DNA of 64,000 bases from a virus: positions 1 to 64,000 of IMG/VR virus record IMGVR_UViG_3300008050_008852. The stretch is one strand, 5' to 3'. The position numbers and the translations under genes are program-made. Shown here in pieces: positions 48,255-57,594 of the stretch. The first letter of the stretch is position 1; every line of letters starts with the position of its first letter. The notes beneath the pieces are model-generated. The model was not told where the DNA came from. It did not search any database and saw only the letters and a program-made list of their open reading frames with translations.

Positions 48255-51200
48255 ATGGCAACTGCATCAAAAGGCGAGTTAAGAAAAACCGATATATTAA
48301 AGCTTGAAGATTCAAGTGGTAATATAACAAGAGTTATTTCTCCAAACAATTTACAAGTTGGTTTGGATGATCCGGATTTTTTGTCATCATTGACAGTGAA
48401 GGGTCCAGTCGTCGCACAACTTGGTATTACTGGTTCAATTACACAGGTTACCGATGGTGTTGATTTTCTACAGCCTGGTACAAATATATCAATTACAAAA
48501 AATTCTGACGGTTCATTAACAATTGGGGCTACAGGTTTTCCAGCCACCGCAGCATTGAGCCTTGGCGATGGTCTTGCATATAATGCTGGTACAACGTTTG
48601 ATGGTTCTACTGCTAGAACACTTTCTCCAAAGTTTGTAAACATGGGAGGCTTAGCATCACCGAGTTCAGCTGGATTAAGAATTGATTTTAACAACTTAGC
48701 TACTCGTGCTATAGAAACTGAAGATATACTCTTGTTTGGAGAGACAGACAATGCTGTTTCTTATTTTCCAAAAAAATGTACAGTCGCCGATTTATTAGCT
48801 CTAGGTACAGCAGCAACTCTTACAAATGCAATAACTCTTGGAAATGGAATAGAAGATTCTGCCGGAGCCGCTTCAAGTTATAATAATACTGCTGCTATAA
48901 CATTAGCTATAACTGCAGAATCTTCTAAGGGAATAGGGATAACTTCCAGTGGAGTAAAAATAGATCCATCAACTCTTTCTTCTGCTACAGTAGCTACAGG
49001 AGACAAAGTTTTAATTGGTGACATAAATGATAGTGATAATATAAAATATGTTACTGCACAGTCGATCGCAAATTTAGCAACTGTTGGAACATTAACAAAT
49101 GCCCTCACCATTGGAGATGGTTTACAATTAAACTCAGGCACTACCTTTGATGGAACATCAGCAAGAACCTTAACTGTTCAAGCTGCAGACTCAACAATTT
49201 CTGCGGCTGCTGGTGGAATAAGCGTTTTAAAAGTGCCATCAATACTTTCCCACGGCCAAGGAATCGTAACATTTTCGTATGACGGCTCGTCATCAACACA
49301 AATTCAGGTCGATTTAAGCTCAGCTGGTGGATTAAACTTTAACGGTTCTGATGAAATTAAACTCGATATTAACAATTTGCCTGCCGGCACAATTCCTGCA
49401 GGATCAGACGAAATTTCTGTGGCATTTGGTCCAAATGATACCAGAAAGATAGATATATCAACCTTAGGTTCAGTAATAACAGCTGGTATAAATTCAAGCA
49501 CGGTTTGGATCGATGGCCGCAACAAAGCATATACAACCTCTTCAATAGCAGTATCAAATACTGGTGGATATGCTACATCATATGGTTTAGACAATTATTT
49601 TTATATATCAGGTTCAATAGGTAACATCACAAATTCAGCAAAGATTTCAGTTTTCGGTGGTGATACAGTAATAAGCGGTAGTGCTACTGCTCTTATGGGT
49701 TTATCTGGTTCATTAACTAGATTGCATGATGGCTCTTCATATATAGTCGCTGGTGACGGAATAACCGTTGCTTCATCATCAAATGGTCAAATTACTATTA
49801 CTGGAAACGTTGGTGATATAACTGGCGTCACTGCAGGAACTGGTCTTTCCGGTGGTGGCACATCTGGTGATTTAACTATTACAATAGATGATTCTGTTAC
49901 TGCCACTCTTACAGGCTCTCAGTTTTCTGGAAACGTTGGGGTGACTGGTTCTATAGGATCAACCTCTACAGTAACTTCACCGGCGCTATCTGGTTCCTTA
50001 ACACGTCTTCAGGATGGTTCATCCTATCTTCGTGAAGGTGCAAATGTTACAATATCTTCATCCTCTGCTGGTTATATTACTGTAGCGTCTACAAATACTA
50101 ACACAACATACACTGCTGGTACCGGACTCGATTTGACAGCTACAGAATTTAGTGTAGACGACTCTATTGTAGCCACCCTCACCGGGTCTCAGTTTTCTGG
50201 AAATATTGGAGTTACCGGCTCAATAGAAGCGACTAGCTTCTTTAGTGGCAGCATGTTTAAAGCACCTGTCTTATCGGGATCGCTTACGAAGCTTCATGAT
50301 GGATCTTCTTATCTTGTAGCTGGAAGTAATATTACCATTGCTACAGCTTCTTCAGGGGCAGTAACTATTGCAGGTGCTGCTTCAATGACAGCAGTGTCAG
50401 GATCAGCTTCCGTTACAGATGTTTCCACGATTAATTTTTCCAAGGCCGGTATTATTCAAGATTTAGGTTCGGGTGATATTGCTATTACAAGTTCAATAGG
50501 CGTGCCAGAAGATGGAACTTATGGCGATGGGTTATTTACTGATTTCAAAGAAGCAACACCTGTAGGAACAGCTGTGGATAGATTTAACGAAGTGCTAAAA
50601 GCACTTGCTCCATCACCTGCTCCATCGTTAGATGATCTAAATTCAAAAGAGACTGGCGCAACTACATTACTTTCATTTGGTGCAAGTAATAACCAGCAGG
50701 GTGCAATACCTCCATACTTTTCAGTAGATTCCTCCGCTGGACTAAAATCTGCGGTAGACGTAAATGGTAGTTATACAGTTGCAACAAGTAGCAACAATAT
50801 TCGAATTGCTACTTTTACCGGTACTACACACATTAGTGGTGTCTTAAATGCAGATGTTTCCTCCAACAGTCAAGGCAATAATATTCAGAATTATCCATTC
50901 TATTCGTTTGGCGATGGCGATTCAGGAGTGTTAAGATTAATTGTTAATGGAAGCACAATTAAAGAGATTGATCTTACATCTAATTTAATTGGTAGTGGCA
51001 CCTCCGGATTAGGAACAGGATCGTATGTAGACGCCAATGGGTCTGGATTTATTCTTCTTTCAACTGCTACCACAGGAACATTTTCCAACGGTAATCCCTT
51101 TAATTCATTCAAGCATCGAACAGGACAATACGTGGTGGCCCATCAAAGTCAAAGGGATGGATGGAATTATGCTCAAATTCAGCATGTTAGAACCGGTTCT

Positions 51201-54023
51201 ACACAAACGACAAATTATATTGAGTGGGTAAACGACAGCAATTCAGATGCATTAACCTCAGCCGGGGAATCTATAAGTTTCGCTGGCAGCGGGAGTGCTG
51301 ACCTCTCCGGAATTACTTATTATCGTAGTGGAACAGCAACATACAAGGTACGTGTTACCAATGCCTATAAATATACATACGACAATAACAACATTACGTT
51401 TAACACCACAAATAGTGCAGCAGCTAGTTCTAGTCCAACATTTTCCCTCAGTAGCCAATTTAAACCATCAATCGATACTGGCGTAGGGGAGACACAAAAT
51501 AAAGTATTACACCTCACAGGATCGTCAACAGTTAATGCCACTTATTTTTTAAGCGGTGCAGTTACCGCTAGTGTAAATGTAACAAGTCCACTTAAGTCCA
51601 ACTTATCCGCCGGCGGCCCTGCAGTGGTAGGCGAAATCCTGATGTACAATAGCACTGATACCAACACTGCGATTGCTGAAACATTTATGTCAGAAAGTTA
51701 TAGGTTACAATCCGGTTCCTTCGATACTCAGGCTACCGTTACAAACGCAAGTTATGATTGGAATTCATCAATTCATATGACCGGATCTAATACCAATTAT
51801 TTAAATGGTCTTCAATATTATAGGGATCGCTTATATTCTCCCTTGAATACTACTAATGCTGGTGACTTTTCTACATTTGTAAATGGACCTACCAATCCGG
51901 ATTATTCGGGTATTTCTGGTTTACGCACCTTTTATCGAAAATTCCAAAACACATCTGGTGTTCCAGTACGAGATATATCCTACCTTATTACTGGTAATGG
52001 GACAATTGAAGATGCTGGAACAGTTGTCGGGGCAAATAATAAATTCCGTGTATTCTTTAAATTACCAAGTAATGGCACCAACAATTCAGGGTGGATGGAT
52101 GTTGCATCAGCGTTTACATATAACGAAACAGGTAATAGAGAAGGGTGTTATATAGGGACGTTTACCGACACTGTAGGTACTACAAATTACGTAACATGGG
52201 GCACTGGTTCAATTGCTAACAACGAATTTATTGTGGCTAAAGTTGAGGCCGACGCATCTTGGACGGGTTATATTGACAGTATGGCAGTTTCTTTTGGTGC
52301 GGTGGGTTCAGTAATATCAGCGCCAAATGTCAATAATATCGACGTCAATACTGGCGGTACTGGAGCTGAATTAAGTTTTGGATCGTCCCTTGCACTTGCG
52401 GAGTACACTAATGTAGGAACAGCCGCCGGTAATTCAGCTGTGAATGCCAATGGTACATATAACATATCAGGAAACAGATATGGGATATATGGGCCTACAA
52501 TTACTTCCCGCGTCGGTACTATCAATGAGACTACTACTAGTCCTGGTAACAGTTATCCTGTCGATGCATTCGGCGGTGGTAATGCTAATACCGGTTCACT
52601 TAAATTAGAGGTGAATGGTGCTATTATTCAAACAACCAATTTGGCAACATTTACAAACGGTAGTGATTTTAATGGCGATGGTTCAGGATTTACACTCACT
52701 GCCGCCATACCCGGCGAAGATAGTAGTGAATTACCAGACTATACTAAATTTTATCGTACCGGCATTTACACTGTGGTTTCTGCCTCACAGGTAGATGGTT
52801 GGAACTATGCCAGGGTGACCCATACTGTTACTGGAAGTGATTATGAATCTACATATGTTGAATGGGTCAATGATATCTCTAATCCTTCAATTTCATTAAA
52901 TGATGTAACAATTGGAAATTTTGGTTCCGCCACTTCAAATTCTCTTTCAGGAATTAAATATTTTATATCGCCTTCTGGATCATTTAGAATGAGAACATCT
53001 AATGTATACAAGTATGTTTATAGTAGTAATTCAAACGCCATTAGTTTCCCAACGACAACAAATTCCACCATAACTTCTATTACAGGAAGTGGCCCGGGCG
53101 TAAATACAATCACAACTGCGGCAACCTATACTACCTTACCAAATTTAAATACAGGTGTCGCAACAGCTTATGATTACGATCTTTTCATTACAGGTGCTTT
53201 TAGTTTCGATCGAGCAACATCCATTCCTGGTGGAACGGCATATACGGCTACGGTGAGTGGTAGAGTGAATCATCCATTAAAAGGTAATACAACAACTTCA
53301 TCAACACAAAGTAATAAAGTGCTGGCTGCAACAATATCTGACACATCTACTACTACATCTGAATCCTTTACAGGCGAAGCAAAAAGATTAATTTCGGGAT
53401 CATATACCATCCAAGCAAATGTAACAAACGGTGCGAATGCATGGAATAGCACAATTTCACTAAACGGCGTGGATGCTTCTTATAATACGGGTCTTGCGAT
53501 CTATAATGGAGAATTAGCATCTCCTCAAAACATTGGTTTATCTAGTGATAAAGGAGACTTTAGGAATGTGTCTGAAGGCGGTTCCCTCGAAGCACCAACG
53601 GGTAATCCGGATTATAGTTCGTTAACAAATCCCACCCGCGATTATATTCGATCATTTACACAAACTGTCGCAGGCTCAAAATCTGGGTTTGATGTTACAA
53701 TCACAGGAACAGGTACAATCGTCTCAGCCGGTACAAGTTTAGCAAGTGGTAATAACTTTAATGTATTTTTCAAATTACCTCAAACATCTGCAGGATTCTC
53801 CACTGGGTGGATGGATCTTGCAACGGCATTTGCAACAGGTCAATATGGCGACAATGCCGGTTGTTTGAATGGCACCCTAACCAGCAATATTGCTGGTGGT
53901 GCAACCAATACTGCAACACTGGGTGTAAAATCAGTGGATCAGAACGAATATATTGTTGTTAAAATTGTTGCCGATAAAACATGGACCGGAAACCTCGAAT
54001 CCGTGTCAGTGTCATGGTCGTGA
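48255..54023 (+). CDS. giant fibre/structural protein with fibre repeats and a tandem ~567 aa duplication
   Basis: 1922 aa; SGSLT-x-L-x-DGSSY modules; duplicated DGWNYA...Y(I/V)EWVND...VFFKLP...GWMD...WTG. Confidence 0.7.
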   Translation: MATASKGELRKTDILKLEDSSGNITRVISPNNLQVGLDDPDFLSSLTVKGPVVAQLGITGSITQVTDGVDFLQPGTNISITKNSDGSLTIGATGFPATAALSLGDGLAYNAGTTFDGSTARTLSPKFVNMGGLASPSSAGLRIDFNNLATRAIETEDILLFGETDNAVSYFPKKCTVADLLALGTAATLTNAITLGNGIEDSAGAASSYNNTAAITLAITAESSKGIGITSSGVKIDPSTLSSATVATGDKVLIGDINDSDNIKYVTAQSIANLATVGTLTNALTIGDGLQLNSGTTFDGTSARTLTVQAADSTISAAAGGISVLKVPSILSHGQGIVTFSYDGSSSTQIQVDLSSAGGLNFNGSDEIKLDINNLPAGTIPAGSDEISVAFGPNDTRKIDISTLGSVITAGINSSTVWIDGRNKAYTTSSIAVSNTGGYATSYGLDNYFYISGSIGNITNSAKISVFGGDTVISGSATALMGLSGSLTRLHDGSSYIVAGDGITVASSSNGQITITGNVGDITGVTAGTGLSGGGTSGDLTITIDDSVTATLTGSQFSGNVGVTGSIGSTSTVTSPALSGSLTRLQDGSSYLREGANVTISSSSAGYITVASTNTNTTYTAGTGLDLTATEFSVDDSIVATLTGSQFSGNIGVTGSIEATSFFSGSMFKAPVLSGSLTKLHDGSSYLVAGSNITIATASSGAVTIAGAASMTAVSGSASVTDVSTINFSKAGIIQDLGSGDIAITSSIGVPEDGTYGDGLFTDFKEATPVGTAVDRFNEVLKALAPSPAPSLDDLNSKETGATTLLSFGASNNQQGAIPPYFSVDSSAGLKSAVDVNGSYTVATSSNNIRIATFTGTTHISGVLNADVSSNSQGNNIQNYPFYSFGDGDSGVLRLIVNGSTIKEIDLTSNLIGSGTSGLGTGSYVDANGSGFILLSTATTGTFSNGNPFNSFKHRTGQYVVAHQSQRDGWNYAQIQHVRTGSTQTTNYIEWVNDSNSDALTSAGESISFAGSGSADLSGITYYRSGTATYKVRVTNAYKYTYDNNNITFNTTNSAAASSSPTFSLSSQFKPSIDTGVGETQNKVLHLTGSSTVNATYFLSGAVTASVNVTSPLKSNLSAGGPAVVGEILMYNSTDTNTAIAETFMSESYRLQSGSFDTQATVTNASYDWNSSIHMTGSNTNYLNGLQYYRDRLYSPLNTTNAGDFSTFVNGPTNPDYSGISGLRTFYRKFQNTSGVPVRDISYLITGNGTIEDAGTVVGANNKFRVFFKLPSNGTNNSGWMDVASAFTYNETGNREGCYIGTFTDTVGTTNYVTWGTGSIANNEFIVAKVEADASWTGYIDSMAVSFGAVGSVISAPNVNNIDVNTGGTGAELSFGSSLALAEYTNVGTAAGNSAVNANGTYNISGNRYGIYGPTITSRVGTINETTTSPGNSYPVDAFGGGNANTGSLKLEVNGAIIQTTNLATFTNGSDFNGDGSGFTLTAAIPGEDSSELPDYTKFYRTGIYTVVSASQVDGWNYARVTHTVTGSDYESTYVEWVNDISNPSISLNDVTIGNFGSATSNSLSGIKYFISPSGSFRMRTSNVYKYVYSSNSNAISFPTTTNSTITSITGSGPGVNTITTAATYTTLPNLNTGVATAYDYDLFITGAFSFDRATSIPGGTAYTATVSGRVNHPLKGNTTTSSTQSNKVLAATISDTSTTTSESFTGEAKRLISGSYTIQANVTNGANAWNSTISLNGVDASYNTGLAIYNGELASPQNIGLSSDKGDFRNVSEGGSLEAPTGNPDYSSLTNPTRDYIRSFTQTVAGSKSGFDVTITGTGTIVSAGTSLASGNNFNVFFKLPQTSAGFSTGWMDLATAFATGQYGDNAGCLNGTLTSNIAGGATNTATLGVKSVDQNEYIVVKIVADKTWTGNLESVSVSWS

Positions 54024-54032
54024 GTGTGAATA

Positions 54033-57000
54033 ATGGGATATGATGCCAAAACAGAAAGACTAGTATCAATAAAGAAGTTAGCTGGTAAAGCCCAAACCTC
54101 TAATGATAAAGGTTTATCAAATGAAGGGCTTCCTTCTGGGCTTACGGTCGCCGCTGCCTCTGTTTTTGGTGAATCAATTTCAACAACTCCTGCATCTACT
54201 GCCTTATATGATATTACTGGTAAAGTTGAGTTTCTTCGCCTACAGGTAACATTCATTCCCGGTACCGGCACACCAACCGGCCGCCATGGTTTTGAATTAA
54301 AACTTCCTGCCGATTATGAAGCAAATTCTTCTAATTCATCTAAAGGTACTTACCCTTTTATTAATGATCAAACGATTAATATAACGTCTGGGGCCTTGCA
54401 GCTTGTACCACCAGCATTTGCTATAGCATATGAAGCAAAACCATTCTATGGAGGTTCTTCGGCTAAAGATTCTGGTACTCAAATTCCTGTTTTGGACTCC
54501 CGGGATTGGTATTTAGATTATTTTAATGGAGTATTTTTTCAGCAGGATCCACCAGGTACTGGTGATCATGCTAATAACCCTGACTATGTTGAAGCATTTC
54601 TTTATGTTGGTGATATGCTAGATACTGTAGTCGCCAACGCTGGTGGCACCGGAGGTGCAGATGCAGACGCTCAATATTTAGTACTTCAGGCCACATCATC
54701 TTTAGGTGCTGAAAGAGTATTCAATCCTTCTACTGGTATTTCTGTCGTAGATGCCGGCCCCGGCGAAAATTATACACTTAGCATAAATAACGCTATTGTC
54801 GCTACCCTCACCGGGTCTCAGTTTTCTGGAAATATTGGAGTGACCGGTTCTATTGGTGCAACAACTGTAGTCACCTCACCGGCCATCACCGGTTCTTTAA
54901 CACAACTTCAAGACGGTTCCTCATACTTAATCGCTGGTTCTGGAATTACAATAGCTTCTGCCTCAAACGGTGCAATCACTATCACAAATGATGGTACAGT
55001 TGGAGATATTACTGGAGTAACGGCTGGTGCTGGATTAAGTGGTGGAGGGACATCTGGTACAGTAGCGTTAAATATTGACAATTCTGTAGTTGCTACTCTT
55101 TCTGGTTCTCAGTTCTCTGGAAATATCGGAACAACAGGGTCAATTGGATCTACTACAGTCATAACTTCGCCGGCATTTTCAGGATCTTTAACAAATCTTC
55201 AAGATGGCACTTCATATCTTGTTGCTGGAAACAACATTCAGATAGTAACAGGATCTTCTGGCGCAATTACAATTACTGGTACTTCAACTGGGGACATAAC
55301 CTCAATTGTTGCAGGAGCAGGGCTCACTGGCGGCGGCGCCTCTGGTGACGTTACATTAAATATAAATGACGGTATTGTAGCAACACTAACAGGATCTCAA
55401 TTCTCTGGAAACATCGGAGTGACTGGCTCAATAGAAGCAACCAGTTTTTTCAGTGGTAGCATGTTCAAAGCGCCTATTTTGTCTGGGTCACTTACAAAAC
55501 TTCATGATGGATCTTCTTATCTGCTCGCCGGCCCCGGAATATCCATAACCTCTGCCTCATCTGGCGCAATTACAATTACAAATGATGGAACAGCTGGGGA
55601 TATAACGTCCGTCATAGCCGGAACAGGCTTGAGTGGTGGTGGCTCATCCGGTGATGTAACATTGAATATAAATGATTCAGTTGTTGCAACATTAACAGGA
55701 TCTATCTTTAGTGGTAATGTCGTAGCACAATCAGGACTTACAGGCTCATTGCAGTCATTGACTGATGGTACTTCTTATTTACGGCCCGGTAATGTTAATG
55801 TTACTATCACAACAGCATCCGCTGGTTATATTTCAATATCTTCGACCGATACCAACACAACATATACGGCTGGAGATGGTCTAGATTTAAGTGGTACAGA
55901 GTTTAGCATAGATCTTAAGTCTTCTGGCGGCTTAAAAATAGATTCTACAGAGTTGGCTATTGATAATTCTATTGTCGCCACTCTTACAGGTTCTCAATTT
56001 TCTGGTAATATCGGAATAACTGGGTCAATAACTGCGACTTCTGGTATTTCTGGATCTCTTACACATCTTTCTAATGGGACCAGCTATCTAATTGCTGGAA
56101 ACAATATTCAGATTTCCACCGGTTCGAGTGGAGCTGTTACTATCACCGGGACTTCAACTGGAGACATAACCTCAATTGTTGCAGGAGCAGGGCTCACTGG
56201 CGGCGGCGCCTCTGGTGACGTTACTCTAAGCATCGACGATTCAGTGACCGCTACGTTAACAGGTTCAGTGTTTAGCGGTATCATCTCAGCTCCGGCACTT
56301 TCTGGTTCATTGACTACATTACAAAATGGTTCACCATTTTTAATATCAGGTACCGGAATATCTCTAACAACCGGCTCTTCTGGAGCAATAACAATAAATT
56401 CAACCGCCGCCGGCGGATCTGGTGATCAAAATGCCGAATTTATTGTTGCAGCCCCAACCGGCTCACTACCATCTGCTAAAACAATATCAGCAGGGTCCGG
56501 AATAACAATAACTACCGGTTCCAATTCAATGATAGTATCTGCAACGTCAATATTGTCAAAGGGTCGAAGTAAAGAAAGTTACTTTGTAACAGCTTCTCAT
56601 CCGGCTGTAACAGAATTCTCAACACCTTTGTCTAATTATTCTGACGTATTACAGGCACCAGATCTTATTGATATTTTGGTTAATGGAGTATTATTACATT
56701 CCGGCTCTTCTGCTCAAATTGCTTCTAGTTTAATGGATTATAGAATTGCCTCTTCCGGTTCACTTGAATTTTCGTTTGGTTTAGAAACAGACGACGTCGT
56801 GGACGCAATTATAATAGTAACTTCATCCGGTTCAATTGATAATACAGCAAGTTACTTATTGCAGCAAGCAACTTCATCATTACCAAATAGTCGAACATTC
56901 ACGACAGGTTCTGGTACAACGCTGCAAGATTCAGGCCCTCAGGGCACTTTTGTTTTTGATACAAGTCCCACAACAAATTTATACGTTTTGACTGCTTCTC

Positions 57001-57206
57001 ATGCTCTGCTTAATTCTCTCACTATCCCCAATATTAATTTTGTAATTAACGAAAGAAGTTTTCATAAAAATCAAGTTTTTTTGAACGGTGTGTTGATGGC
57101 TTCTGGCTCATCTCTTGACTATACTATTGACACTCCTGCTACAGGCTCACTGACGTTTAACCTTCCCCTTGAGGAAGATGACGTAGTAATAATTAGACAG
57201 ACTTGA
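54033..57206 (+). CDS. tail fibre-like protein with six tandem modules
   Basis: 1057 aa; repeated VATLTGS-x-FSG...SGSLT-x-L-x-DG-x-SYL...GDIT-x-(V/I)-x-AG-x-GL-x-GGG-x-SG-x-V-x-L; two C-terminal NGVL...DY...L-x-x-DDVV domains. Confidence 0.75.
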   Translation: MGYDAKTERLVSIKKLAGKAQTSNDKGLSNEGLPSGLTVAAASVFGESISTTPASTALYDITGKVEFLRLQVTFIPGTGTPTGRHGFELKLPADYEANSSNSSKGTYPFINDQTINITSGALQLVPPAFAIAYEAKPFYGGSSAKDSGTQIPVLDSRDWYLDYFNGVFFQQDPPGTGDHANNPDYVEAFLYVGDMLDTVVANAGGTGGADADAQYLVLQATSSLGAERVFNPSTGISVVDAGPGENYTLSINNAIVATLTGSQFSGNIGVTGSIGATTVVTSPAITGSLTQLQDGSSYLIAGSGITIASASNGAITITNDGTVGDITGVTAGAGLSGGGTSGTVALNIDNSVVATLSGSQFSGNIGTTGSIGSTTVITSPAFSGSLTNLQDGTSYLVAGNNIQIVTGSSGAITITGTSTGDITSIVAGAGLTGGGASGDVTLNINDGIVATLTGSQFSGNIGVTGSIEATSFFSGSMFKAPILSGSLTKLHDGSSYLLAGPGISITSASSGAITITNDGTAGDITSVIAGTGLSGGGSSGDVTLNINDSVVATLTGSIFSGNVVAQSGLTGSLQSLTDGTSYLRPGNVNVTITTASAGYISISSTDTNTTYTAGDGLDLSGTEFSIDLKSSGGLKIDSTELAIDNSIVATLTGSQFSGNIGITGSITATSGISGSLTHLSNGTSYLIAGNNIQISTGSSGAVTITGTSTGDITSIVAGAGLTGGGASGDVTLSIDDSVTATLTGSVFSGIISAPALSGSLTTLQNGSPFLISGTGISLTTGSSGAITINSTAAGGSGDQNAEFIVAAPTGSLPSAKTISAGSGITITTGSNSMIVSATSILSKGRSKESYFVTASHPAVTEFSTPLSNYSDVLQAPDLIDILVNGVLLHSGSSAQIASSLMDYRIASSGSLEFSFGLETDDVVDAIIIVTSSGSIDNTASYLLQQATSSLPNSRTFTTGSGTTLQDSGPQGTFVFDTSPTTNLYVLTASHALLNSLTIPNINFVINERSFHKNQVFLNGVLMASGSSLDYTIDTPATGSLTFNLPLEEDDVVIIRQT
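55281..56224 (+). repeat. 74-bp near-identical direct repeat (55281-55354 and 56151-56224)
   Basis: 73/74 identical, 870 bp apart, within fibre gene. Confidence 0.9.
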
Positions 57207-57240
57207 ATACTTAGATGTGTACCAATTAGGAATAACACAT

Positions 57241-57453
57241 ATGTTCACATCGAATGATCTTGGCCTTTCTGCTTTTTTAATGTTGAAGGGTCATAAATTA
57301 CATAATGCATATATTAATGAGAGAAAAGTTTTCGTTTTTGAATTTATAGATACAGACAACAAAATTCATCAAACAGCCATTGAATATTTAAATTCTGACT
57401 GCTCAACGTTTGATACACAGGTGAAAAAATTAAAGAAAATACTTCACAAATAG
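57241..57453 (+). CDS. small protein, DUF5659-like
   Basis: F-x-S-x-DLGLSAFLM-x-KG-x-KL...VFEF...Y...F-x-x-x-VK-x-LK; ATG 57241 after AGGA (ORF track GTG 57217). Confidence 0.6.
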   Translation: MFTSNDLGLSAFLMLKGHKLHNAYINERKVFVFEFIDTDNKIHQTAIEYLNSDCSTFDTQVKKLKKILHK

Positions 57454-57482
57454 TATATATATTAGCAAATGCACTATGTGTA

Positions 57483-57532
57483 TTTTAGTTTTAGCTTTAG
57501 TTTAGTTTTAATTTAGTTTTAGTTTTGTCCAG
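57483..57532 (+). repeat. degenerate (T)TTTAG tandem array in 5' leader of 57595 gene
   Basis: TAG at 57486, 57492, 57498, 57503, 57514, 57520 with TAA at 57509; period 5-6 nt. Confidence 0.8.
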
Positions 57533-57544
57533 TTTGGTACTAAA

Positions 57545-57565
57545 TGCATAATACTCTATTATGCA
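57545..57565 (+). promoter_or_regulatory. perfect inverted repeat upstream of ribosome-binding site
   Basis: TGCATAATA-CTC-TATTATGCA, about 16 nt before TAAGGAG SD. Confidence 0.55.
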
Positions 57566-57594
57566 AGCCATATTAAATTATAAGGAGAAAAATA

